Shown here one piece after another: positions 40,220 through 52,236 of a DNA stretch of 64,000 bases (positions are counted from its first letter, which is position 1; each line of letters opens with the position of its first letter). The notes below the pieces were generated by a model, which worked only from the letters and a program-made list of their open reading frames with translations, was not told where the DNA came from and ran no database searches. Both the position numbers and the translations under genes were made by a program. Location of the stretch: NCBI GenBank assembly GCA_035221665.1, contig CM069163.1:23312001-23376000 (forward strand), given 5' to 3'. This stretch comes from Okamejei kenojei (lineage: Eukaryota).

Positions 40220-40320
40220 ATGGTTGCTATGGGCACTTGCATCGGCTCCAGCTATCCCCACCTTTTCATCAGTTATGTCGAACAGTCCTTGTCTCAGGCG
40301 TACACTAGCAACATCCACAG
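40220..40320 (+). mobile_element. Penelope RT fragment flanked by inverted terminal-repeat pieces
   Basis: VAMGTCIGSSYPHLFISYVEQSL matches the PLE RT G.AMG....P..A.LF motif. Terminal-repeat pieces at ~40095-40190 and ~40345-40365. Confidence 0.75.
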
Positions 40321-43300
40321 CTCTTTGTGTTGTTTTGTGTCAAACAGCATCTGCAGTTCTTTGTTTCCACACAGAGATATCACCAAAGGTATCTCTGCAA
40401 AATCATCCAAATACACTGGTAGAATAAGCAAACCAACATCAGTGACATTTTCAGGCCCAAAACTCAATTGGTTCCCACGAGCCACATTGTTTGCCTGATC
40501 CCGTATTTTTGAAACAGATATCCTATTCTGAACATTGGCATGGCAAGAGAATTAACTGAGTACAAATCTTACATATTAAGGATTTTTTAAAGCATCCTTG
40601 AAAAAGTGTATTATCCCCACTGACGTGGGAATCTTTAGCCCATGGCTACTTAACATAAAGAGCATTTGGAAACACATTAAGAACATAAAGACCACATGTT
40701 AAGACCTCTCAAAAAATCGGTGGAGATGGTGCAAGGAGTCCACCCATTCTCAAACTACCTGCATATTTCCTGTCACCTACTTCACCTGCAGCAGGGATTA
40801 AGGATCCCACATTGGTTAGGAACCTCAGTGTAAGGAAGTCATCCTTAATTCTGAAGGACTGCGAAGAAGAAGAATTTCTGCACTCAGTCAGTGCTATCAA
40901 CATCCTTTTGAAGCTATGCAGCCCTCTGCAAATAATAATGCAAATCTGACCCAGTTAAGAATTGCTCATGATAGGCATTCTAGTTACTACTCAGTCTGGC
41001 TGATAACAACTTAATGTGAATGAGATGCACATAATGAATGAATAATAATCAGATATATTTCCTTTTTCCCTTTTTTACTCATATATACCATCCTGTGTTC
41101 ACCTTTGACATTTACCATACCTGGCTCATAACTTGTTATTAATCTGTGTTGAACTGAAATGCAGCTCCATCAATTCGCTTGGGCTCTTTGAATGCCGCTA
41201 GTCTCTGGGCTCCCAATCTCCCGATTGTGCCGATATATCTTACTGTGCATTACATGTGCAGTGAAATTTACTCTTCTGCGGATTGTTACTTCCTCACTGT
41301 AAATCAAACATTTTTCTTCATGAATATTTCAGATTCCTGAACTTTTTGATGTTTTTTCTTCTAAAAATATTTTTATTCCCTTCACATTCTCACCTCCCCC
41401 ATCTCTAACAACAGCCACCTTTCCTTGAGCTGGTAAATTATGCTTGAGTAAGATTTCCAAGGGGCTTCTGTGACCTTTGGAGGCCTGTCCAAGTGGCCAT
41501 TTGGTATTGCAGAATCATGGAATTGTACAGCACACTAGGAGATAATATGGACCATTGTGCTTGTACTGGTTCTTTGAAGGAACTACCCAATTAATTCCAA
41601 TTCCCTCTCTCTTGCCCCGCAAATGACTCTCTGTGCATTTATCCCATTCTCATTTGAAAGATATGTTTGAATCAGCTCCTTTCAAACAATAAATCATGGA
41701 TCATGACAATTTGTTGACTGAAATTATCTTATTTTTCCCTCTGTTGTTGCAAATTATCTTAAACTATGTCATGCTCAGCCACACCATTACAAGAGGGAAC
41801 AGTATCTCAATAATTCCATCAATATTCCCTATAATTTCCAAATTTTTCTATCCAATACTATGTTGTCTGATGTCCTAATTTCACACTCTCCATAAACTTG
41901 AATGTAGCTTGAATTCTAATTTGCATCAATTCCCATTTCCACCTCACCCCTGAGTTTATTGACCTACATTGGTTGTCAATGCTTTGAGTTTAAAATTCTT
42001 ATTTTGATTTCAAATCACTCCATGTCTTTTGCCAATCACTTTCTCAGTAACTTCCTCCATCTTTTGAGATGTACATTTCTTACCTCCCACGAATGTCCTT
42101 ATTATTTCATTTGGAAGCTTTTTCTTCAACTGCCCAGGTCCTAAGCTCTATATATCCCTGCCACCTCCATCATGCTACGTGTCTTTCTACTATTCTCTCC
42201 TTTGTTAAAACCTTTAGAAACAATATCATTTTGTGGACTTGCCAGAACATGCCATTTAAAGCACAATTGTATGGCTCAATGAGTCCAACACTTGCGATAC
42301 ATATGTGAATACTTGCGATTCCCATTACCCATTTTTAGCCACATCACCATTATATCTTCATATGGTTTTCTTTCTGATATGTTTATTTTGTTTTCTTTAA
42401 ATACATCACCTTATTTACTTCAACTACCCCTTATTATTGTCACCTCCACAATTAGTAAACATTCTAGTAAAAGATTTTCTCTGACTTCCCATGAGATTTG
42501 TTAGTGACTATTTCATGTTCTATATTCATGGCCTGTAGTTCTAGTCTTGCTTATATGAAAACGTTTCTGCGTCTACCATAACCAACACTTTCATAACCTT
42601 AAAGTCTTCATCATGTCGCACTCATTCCTCAATTTCCTCAAGCCCATTCAACCTGGTTTCTATTAGCTAAACTTTTCTATTTCCATTTAATCTCTTTTCA
42701 CATTTTCTTGCATTTTTGTGTCCTTTTATAATCCAAATGACCAGAACCATTTACATGCTTAATGTGTAGTTTTACATACTTTTTCTGATCTTCAATTTTA
42801 TCCTGTATTTTATGGTATAATTAATCTGTGTGGCTAACGTTAATTATTTGCATATCTGTCTCTCCTTACCAATGTAGACACTAATTTTTCATAAGATTTC
42901 TGTAATAGTGCCAACCAAAATGCTTTATTTTTGTCTGTTGTATCTGTTCTATACAGAAGTTAAATTTGCCAATTTAACACTATTTCTGAAAGATCTTTCA
43001 TATTTTCCCTGCAATTTGTTGAAGTCCTCTGAATAAAATGCAATTCCCGACATGGTCGCTTCTTAATATTTTAATTGTACAATCTAAAGTTTTATTTTTG
43101 ATTTCCTATTTAAAATAATTTACTGTGGACCAAGATTCCCTTGTAATACCATTTCTCGCCTTTTGCCAACTGAGTAACTGCCTTTGAACTATTCTGTTGG
43201 ACAAGCATGTTTTCAGTATTATAGCCAGCTTGACGTATTTTCTAGTGATGAAATGTCCTTTTCTGTAAACTAGCATCTGTAGTTCCTTGATATGTTCTCT

Positions 43301-43910
43301 AGTTTTTTCTTTGATTCTAGAATTCATAATCTTACACGAGAGTGTACTATGTGCCATTTTATCCAAATATATACAATTACTGCATAACTCTTATACTTTC
43401 TGATACTTCTTTCAAGAATTCAGTAAGACTGCCTGCACTAGATTTTCACCTTTGGAATCTGTGATTATTACTCCCTATTATATTTTCAGCTTCCTGGTGT
43501 GTTTTTTAATATATCTTTGGCTAAACATTCAAGTATTTTCCTGCTACTGACTTTAGTTCTTAAATAAAATGTTAGATTTACGCCAGTCCCATTGCTTTTT
43601 CCAACAATTTTTTATTGGAATCACCTTTTGTAAGATTAAACTGCTGCATTTTACCTTACAACATTTTAGAACATTATGAGATATAAGATGGTAGATTCCA
43701 GAATTATATTTTCCTGAAACCTGGGGATCACAGGGGTCTTAAAATAATGATGGGTCAGTCAAGATAGAGATGAGAAAAAAATTATTTGCTCAGAGGGTAA
43801 TGAATCTTTGGAATTCTTTACCTAAGAGGGGTGTGTAGGCTGCGTTGCTGAGAATGTTCAAGGGAGTAACTAAGAGATTTTTTGATATTAAAGGAATCAA
43901 AGTATTCAGT

Positions 43911-44046
43911 CTTCTTCTAGCATGTGGCGTGCACAGCTTAAAGTTGTAAGACAACTTGTTCTGTTTGATCTTCTGTTTGTGCACGCCAGGTTGATTGCAC
44001 TCGTCGAAACAGGGTGAACCACATGAAGGTTGCAATCTCCCACTCC
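43911..44046 (-). mobile_element. Short (GAA)n-tailed retroelement, copy 3, inserted in an old CR1 3' fragment
   Basis: Reverse complement of copies 1 and 2. TSD caaagtattcagt / caaggtattcagt. Confidence 0.85.
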
Positions 44047-45359
44047 AAGGTATTCAGTTAGTTCAGGGAAGTGGAAAGATTTGCCACAACAGAGGGTCTA
44101 AATGTCCCACTCCTGCATCTTCTGCTGTTATGTATGTGTTGGCTGCTGCAATGTTTGGAGAACATGATAAATTAAATCAAGTTTAACTGAGCAAAGATAA
44201 ACCTAAAACTTTAACTCTGTTTAAATCCCACAGATGAGTCCTGACCAGCCGTGCATTTTCTGTTTTGACTTTAGATTCCCAGCTATTTTGATTTTCAAAG
44301 AGAAGTACATTTGACTGGTTTTGCAAGCTCATTCAATGCTAGCATTAATGAAATTTCAGCAAGGCACAACTTTTAACTAAAGCGATTTCCACTGAATGCC
44401 AGGAATGGACTAATGGGCAAATATTAGCAGGGACAGGCTGACCAGAGAGGCTAAGAACTGGTAACAACTTTCAGAATCAGGAAAGTTGTTTTTGACAAAG
44501 GGTTTTTTACCTCAAACATTGAACATGCTTTCTCTCTTATAAATGCTGAGTGGCTTCAGCATTTTCTGTATTTATTTCAGATTTATAGCTTCTGCATTAA
44601 AACAAATTAGGTTATCTTGAGATATTAAGGTCAACCGGCAACATCTTTGCTGAACATAATGAAAATTAGTTGTTGTCATACAGCATGGAAAAAGAGCCTT
44701 TGGCCCTATCCATCCATACTGACCAAGATGCCCTATTCAAGCTAGTCCCATTATCCTGTGCCTACCTCTTATCCCTCTAAACCTATCCTATCCATGTACC
44801 TGCCCAAATGTCTTTTAAATGTTGTTATTGAACCAGCCTCGATTACTTCCTCATTTCATATACCCATCACTCACTATATGAAAAAGTTGCCCCTCGAGTT
44901 CCCATTGAATGTTTCCTCTCTCATTTTAAACCTGTACTTTGTTTCAGAAGATGATCTATTGTACTCATGTATAGTGCCATTTGACTGGATAGCATGCTCT
45001 CTGTTCATGTGACAATAAGCTAACTAGCTATCTAACTAGAAGATATAGACACAAAAAGCTGGAATAACTCAGTGGGTTAGACAACATCTCTTGAGAACTA
45101 ACTAATTCTTGATTCCCCTGCCCTGGGAATATATGTGCAATATAACTGGAATGCTTTTGAATCTGAGTTGCATGGTACTCAGGAGGTACCAGTATCAGCA
45201 CTGAGTCAAGCTTTTGCACAGTTTAGTGCCAAAACTAATTATACGATGGACATTTGGGAGACCTCTGGCCCAACAACCATTCGGCATAAGTAGTTGGAGG
45301 GGTTGTGTAATGCAGTCAAATTTGGGTGTAAAACTCACAAAAGTCAGTTTGTGTGCAAG

Positions 45360-45490
45360 AAGCAACTGCAGATGCTGGTTTAATCCAAAAATAGACACAC
45401 AAAGCTGGAGTAACTCAGCAGGACAGGCAGCATCTCTGGAGAGAAGGAATGGGTGACGTTTCGGGTCGAGACCCTTCTTCAGACTGAAGA
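45360..45490 (-). ncRNA. Penelope-derived repeat with perfect minimal hammerhead core
   Basis: - strand 45482->45455 reads CTGAAGA-A-GGGTCTCGACCC-GAAAC-GTC. Confidence 0.7.
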
Positions 45491-45969
45491 GAATTATTAT
45501 GTTATCTTGAGATATTAAGGACAACCAGCAACATCCTTGGTGAACACAATGAAAATTATTTATGCGGAGTTGTTGAGATACAGCATGGAAAAAGTCCCTT
45601 TGGCCCTATCCATCCATACCGACCAAGATGCCCTATTCAAACTAGTCCCAGATTGAAGAAAGGTCTCGACCCGAAACGTCACTCATTCTTTCTAGCCAGA
45701 TGCTGCCTGCCCCGCCGAGTTACTCCAGCTTTTTGTGTCAGTTTGCGGTTGGGATACAAAGTGGTCGCCAAACATGGACTAGCTGAGGGTTTCCACCCAT
45801 ACATAGAAATTAGGTGCAGGAGTAGGCCATTCGGCCCTTCGAGCCTGCACCGCCAAGTGCAGTGAATGTGCAGTGAAATGAAAAGTGGCAATGCTGGCGG
45901 ACTTTGTGCAAAAAGCAAACAAACAAACAAACTACAAACAGAATCACATATTACTTTACATATTACGTA

Positions 45970-46400
45970 GGCACCCGAGTGTTTTAGTGCTCATGATTGC
46001 CGCTGCTAGTTAACGGGTCTGGCTCGGTACTGCTTCCCCGGCTGTTGATGCAGGAGCAGGCACAAGAATCCAACAGATTCTCATCAGGTTGACGCTTTAA
46101 GACATCGGCGTGCGATAAGATGTGCAGCATAAACGTAGCGCGCAGCAATCTTTGGCGCGCAGTGCTGTGAATGAAGGGCGATCCGGTGGTTGCTAGGACC
46201 CGCGAGATCCCGGGTCCAACTGTCACCGAGGTGGCGGGCGCTAGGACCTGGCGGGCGCTCCACAGGTGCCGCGATCAGGGCGGGAAAGTCATCACGAGCT
46301 GCCTCTGCGAAGGCGCTGCAATTCAAATAATTAGCGGAAAAAAGAGAAAATTCTCCTTAAAACATGAGGAGACACCCAAGTAAAAACCGTCAGAGAGCAG
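45970..46400. promoter_or_regulatory. CpG-rich promoter/enhancer-like island, no linked gene identified
   Basis: CpG-dense against a CpG-poor background. Contains E2F-type TTTGGCGCGC (46151) and GGCGGGAAA (46279), RFX-type GTTGCTAGGAC (46189) and CCCGCGAGA (46199). Confidence 0.55.
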
Positions 46401-47056
46401 GTATCTGGAGATAAAAATGCCACTTTGGTGAATATTGTAACTGTGCACATTTGGGGTCTGATTTGCAGGGGGAAAAACACCTCGGCTCTGGGTGAATTAA
46501 CTTTCCCACCTCGTTTATAATTTAATAGAAAAGTAATGCCGAGCGAGGGCCAACATTTGAAAACTTCCACCTCATGAATTCAATCCTTACCTTCACTCAG
46601 AAGATTATGAGTTGGATTAATCCATTTTACATCAAATAAAATCTATAACCCCCCCCCCCCCCCCAACGGCCCATTTAGTTCATACACGTGTACATAAAAG
46701 AACGACTGGTGGAGGTCGAGCAGCGTCTGTGGAGGGAAGGATCGACGTTTCAGATTTTGTTCCTGCGTCAGGACTTTCCAAACACAGTAAAACGCTGCTC
46801 GACCCGTTGAGCTCCTCCAGCAGTCGTTTAGTCCAGATTGCTGCAGATTCATCATGTGCCTCCAGTTCACATATATTTATCCAACCGGTACTGTCACATT
46901 GATTTATTTGGTCTCACCCTATCAGAGAAACTGATTTTGTTCTATCCTTTTCTATCTGCTATTGAAAAGTAATTTGTTTCTCTTTCCCAGTTCCGACGAA
47001 GATTTCTGAAGGTGAGACATTAACTCTGTTTCTCTTTCCAAGGGTTGTGCTTGTGC

Positions 47057-47517
47057 TTGGTAAACACAACCCTTGGTAAACACAGCCCTTGGTAAACAAA
47101 ACCCTTGGTAAACACAGCCCTTGGTAAGCACACCATTGGTAACCAAAACCCTTGGTAAACACAAGCCTTGTGTGTAAACACAACCCTTGGTAAACAAAAC
47201 CCTTGGTAAACAAAACCCTTGGTAAACAAAACCCTTGGTAAACAAAACCGTTGGTAAACACACCCTTGGTAACCAAAACCTTTGGTAAACACAAGCCTTG
47301 TGTGTAAACACAACCCTTGGTAAACACAGCCCTTGGTAAACACAACCCTTGGTAAACACAACCCTTGGTAAACACTGCCCTTGGTAAACACAGCCCTTGG
47401 TAAACACAACCCTTGTGTGTAAACACACCCCTTGGTAACCAAAACCATTGGTAAACACAAGCCTTGTGTGTAAACACAACCCTTGGTAAATACAAGCCTT
47501 GTGTGTAAACACAACCT
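47057..47517. repeat. Minisatellite, ~28 units of TTGGTAAACAMARCCC (16 bp) with 19-bp variants
   Basis: Direct count of tandem units. Explains the three stop-free - strand ORFs. Confidence 0.97.
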
Positions 47518-48259
47518 CATCCTTGAGGTGTCTATTTTTTTCTCATTATCTTTGTAATCTCCATACTTTTGACTATTCTGGGGGCTCTTGGTTGATCGTC
47601 CCACTTTGTACAAACTTGATCTAATTCAAATTTGTACTGCCTGAATCCCATCACTTTTAGCTTGCTGACTTACATTGACTGGCATGGTTGATATAATATC
47701 TATATTTGTAAGAAGGGGACTAGGACATTTCTTGGCAATAATAGACCAGTCAATTTATTACTGGGATAGGAAAAATAACAGAATTGCCATTAAAGGAGAA
47801 AATAAAACAGACAGAAAAGAAAAGTATAATCATGGTCAGTATGGATTTCCAAAGCGAAAAACTATTTGAACAATCTAACATTTTGAGGAAGTAACAGTGG
47901 AAATAGGCAATGATATGAAGACAACCCATTTTAATTCAAGACTAACGAATAAGATCAGAGAATGCTGAGCCTGGGGGACAACTAACATAAAAGATAGCTA
48001 ACTGGCTTCAAGACCAAAAGCAGAGAATATGAGTAAAGAAAACTATGTTGGGCGAAATTTGATATTGCTGTTCGCTAAAACGTGGTGCTAGGATCACTTA
48101 CATTTATGATTTAGACTTTGGAATCAAAAACAACTGAAAATTGTGGATAATGCCAAATTGGAAGGAATAGTCAATTTTGAAGAGAACTGCAACAAATCAC
48201 AGGAGAACCGTAATAAATGCAGAAGTCTTGGCTTAAGTATAGGTTTAGGTTCAGGAACT

Positions 48260-48592
48260 GCAGGAAACATTTTCCCGATGTTGGGGGAGTCCAGAACCAG
48301 GGGCCATAGTTTAAGAATAAGGCGTAAGCCATTTAGAACGGAGATGTGGAAAAACTTTTTCACACAGAGAGTTGTGAGTCTGGAATTCTCTGCCGCAGAG
48401 GGCGATGGAGGCTGGTTCTCTGGATGCATTCAAGAGAGAGCTTGACAGAGCTCTTAAAGATAGCAGAGTCAAAGGATATGGGGAGAAGGCAGGAACGGGG
48501 TACTGATTGAGGATGATCAGCCATGATCACATTGAATGGTGGTGCTGGCTCGAGGAGCCGAATGGCCTACTCCTGCACCTATTGTCTATTGC
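48260..48592 (+). mobile_element. CR1 LINE 3' fragment
   Basis: AGNIFPMLGESRTRGHSLRIR..., the same 3' UTR as 259-800, and an attgtctattg tail. Confidence 0.9.
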
Positions 48593-49710
48593 CTAATATC
48601 TCTTGAACTGCTGGAACAGAAATTCAGAATTTCCACAGTTTTTATATAAAACAGAAACTCGTACAGTGAGTTTGGGAGTGCACTAAATATTATTTAAAAT
48701 ATTTTTTCTGGAAGTGATCCTTGCAACACAACCATGCACAAGAAATCGCTCTGTATAATAAAAACGCATAGAGGGAATTTCCCAGGGAAGGCTTGTGTTA
48801 TTATCTATTTGGGTAAAATAGGTTCTCCTAAATTTATTAGATTGTTGGCGTCTATTTATGCCCTCTAGGTTTTGTTTCCTCATAACAGTAAATATACTTT
48901 TTTTCTACAACTGCTGCATTAAATTTATAATTTTAGACATTTTAGATGTCCAGGCTTTTATTTTCAAGAAAAAACGAGTACCTTCTGGTTGGACTTTTCT
49001 GATGTCTTAAAAATCTGTTGCCAGTTGGGGAAGTCACAAAGGCTTTATGAAGAGAAGTCACTGCTGTGTTTTAAGAAATGCCTGCTTGCACCCATTGGGC
49101 TAAAAGAGAACGTAGAATCAAGGCAGTTTGGGGAGCTGGAAGCAGGTAGGCATTAGTCCCTTTTGCGCTCTCTTATTGGATCATTTACCACTAGAACAGT
49201 CTCATCCCCTTCCTTCAACCGCACTAGACAATCCAGTGTTATATATGATATTCAGGTAGATTGGACAATGGAATTGAGCTTGGATCACAGATGAACTGAA
49301 CTTCATCCAACAAATACACACTTTTTATCAAATTGTATTTAAGGAGGAAAAATGTAAGATAAGCTTTCCTGCCCCAAATATTCCTATCTTTGCTCCCAAG
49401 TTATGTTCCTGTTCAGGACCATCTCCTTCTTTGTCATGATCACATAAAATAAATTAGGATGTAGAGCGCTGAATTTTATTTCGGAGTCACGTGAGTGACT
49501 TAATGAAGACCCCGCCAGCACGCATGCGCGACATATCGTCGCTCGCATTTGCTGTCGACAAGCTGGGGGGGGGAGTGCGCTCTCTCCACAGCTCCTTCAG
49601 AAAGACCGTTAAGGTAAGTACACTAACCTTAAGCTGGTTGCAGGTACAACACATGGAAGGACTAGGTAAAGGGAAGGGGAAGCTTCTCAAGAGCCACGGG
49701 ACGCCAACAG

Positions 49711-51225
49711 GCAATAACCACAGACACGTTTATTCTACAAAGTGTTCACGGTTATGTCATAGAATTTATTAATGGGAAACATCCCCCTACACAGCATGTA
49801 CCTCAGTGCACATTTATGCTCTCTCAAAACGAGATAAAGGGGGGACATGCAGAAATTCTACGGCTAGCAGCCAAAGGGGTGATAGGTCAAACGACACACA
49901 AACCCCTTGAGTTTGTGTCCAACATCTTTACAAAAACCAAAAAAGATGGTGGGTGTCGGATTATCATAGACCTAACCCAGTTGAACACTTTTGTACAATA
50001 TACCCATTTCAAAATGGAAACCTTTGAAACAGCTAAGCAGCTGCTTTATCAGGGGTACTTTATGGCTTGCATCAATTTAAAAGATGCATACTATACAGTC
50101 CCCATCATAGAATCTCACAGGAAGTTCCTAAAATCCAAACTAACCTGTCTCAAGTTATGGACTACCTGGGCTTCACCATTGACACAAACGGAATGATGAC
50201 ACCATCCCGACCAACAAAGCTTCAGACATAAAAGAAGCATGCAACAGCCTTGCTTGCGCCAGGGTACCGACTATCAGACCAAGGTAATTGGGAAATTGGT
50301 AGCTACATTCTCAGCTGTGCAATTCGGACCATTACATTACCAAAACTTACAAAGAGCAAAGATCTCAGCATTATAAGCAAATGCTGGGCACTTTGACAGA
50401 CAGATACGGCTGCCAATTAAGGCTAAAGCTGAGCTACAATGGTGAATTGACAATATTAGTGAGTGTCACAAACCCATCATTGTTAGCAACCCATCAGTCA
50501 TGCTACAGACTGAAGCAAGCGCACAAGGCTGGGGTGCAACTGACACCACGTCCAGTTGTTGTGGCAGATGGGACCCTCACGAGTCTACCCTCCTCCAGAC
50601 ACAAAGGATAAACTATCTGGAGATGTTAGGGGCTTTCCATGGGCTGCGGGCATACTGCACTAACTTACAGCATTTACATGTCCGACTCCAAAAAGATAAC
50701 ACCACGGTGGTGGCTTATATAAATCATATGGGTAGTATCAGGTCATTATCTTGTGGCGAATTGGCAAACACAATCTGGCACTGGTGCATTGAGAGAAATA
50801 TTTGGATAACAGCGACCTATCTACCAGGGAAGCTCTACACAGTGGCGGACACCAAGTCACGAGTGTTCAATGATAACATCGAGTGGATGTTGAACCCCCA
50901 AATTTTTGCTGAAATTATAGCTAACTTTGGCACACCAGATATAGACCTCTTTTGCGTCCAGGTTGAACCATCAGATACCAACGTATGTGTTTTGGGAACC
51001 AGACCCTGGGGCAGTAGCTATGGATGCTTTTTCTCTCCATTGGGAGAAATGGTTTTGCTACACATTTCCCCCATTCTGCCTCATCAGTCGGGTATTGCAG
51101 CAAATTCAACTGGATTCTGCTCAGGCATTTTGAACATACCCGACTGGCCTACACAGCCATGGTACCCGGTGGTCCTCCAAATCTTGAAACGTCCGTGGGT
51201 TCAAATTGATAAAACCCCAAATTGA
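49711..51225 (+). pseudogene. DIRS pol remnant: RT, RNase H, DNA adenine-methyltransferase-like domain
   Basis: SNIFTKTKKDGGCRIIIDL...HFKMET (RT); QTEASAQGWG, INYLEM, DNTTVVAYINHMG, YLPGK...AD (RNase H); EWMLN...PDIDLF...DAF...FPPF...PDWPTQPWYP (MT). Frameshifted, and the YxDD region is absent. Confidence 0.88.
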
Positions 51226-52236
51226 TTACCAACCCCATTACGGGGGAAAGTCACCCGTGTCATGGTCACCTACACCTGTTGGCTTGCAGGTTCTAAAGAG
51301 GCTGCTTATCAAGGCCGGCATATCACCCAGCGCCATGGACCTCATCTCAGCGTCGAGCCGAGCGTCAACCAGGAGGCAGTACCTCACCCAGGTCAGGAAG
51401 TGGGAAGCCTTCTGCTCCCGTACCAACACGACCTACAACTCGGCCACGATCCCTGATGTCCTGGAATTCCTAGAGGGCCTTCATTACGATGAGGGCCTCA
51501 GCTACAGTGCCATCAACAGCGCCAGGAGTGTGCTGTCCTCATACATAGGTGTAGGCTCACACCACCTGGTGTCCAAATTCATGAGGGGTGTGTTCAACAC
51601 CAACCCTCTATGACCCAGATACAACATCACCTGGGATGTAGGGATAGTACTGACCCTACTGAGGAGCTGGTCCCCTATGACAGAGTTACCACTCAATAAG
51701 CTCACCCTCAAAGTGGTGATGCTGATGGCACTGAATACAGCTCAAGGAGTCCAGGCCTTACAGAAGCTGCGGCTGGATAGCATGGTCTCCACCCCTGCTA
51801 AGGTCACTTTCTTTATAGAGGACCTGCTGAAGCAGCACAGACCTGGGTCTCTTGGGCTGCAGTTGGAATTTCGGGCATACCCCACTGATGCCACCCTCTG
51901 CATAGCCAACCATCTCCGCCACTAACACGAACCATCCGGAAGATGGAGCAGGGGCTCCTCATCAGCCACAAACAACCACATCACCGGGTGACTGTGCAGA
52001 CTATCGCAAGGTGGCTCAGGGCGGTGTTGGGTGCAGCAGGAGTAGATACGAACATTTTTAAATCTCACTCTACCAGGGCTGCATCCACATCAGCGGCGAG
52101 GGCCATGGAGGTGCCCATGGACCACATCCTCGCCACCGCGGGCTGGGCCAGTGAAGCAACCTTCCAGGGGTTCTACAATAAGCCGCTGGTCGCCCCCGCA
52201 ACATTCGCGGAAGCCGTGCTGGGAGCCGCTCCTTGA
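51206..52236 (+). pseudogene. DIRS tyrosine recombinase remnant
   Basis: GLSYSAINSARS N-terminal domain, LTLKVVMLMAL, HSTRAASTS, ILATAGW..EATF..FY. Stop at 51611-51613 and a frameshift near 51925. Confidence 0.9.

Noticed and set aside
47057-47517. CRISPR-like array
   Set aside because: Units are contiguous with no unique spacers, the context is eukaryotic and there are no cas genes.
46952-47613. Three long (178-197 aa) overlapping - strand ORFs
   Set aside because: Artefact of a 16-bp minisatellite that lacks stop codons on that strand; all frames give the same repetitive peptide.
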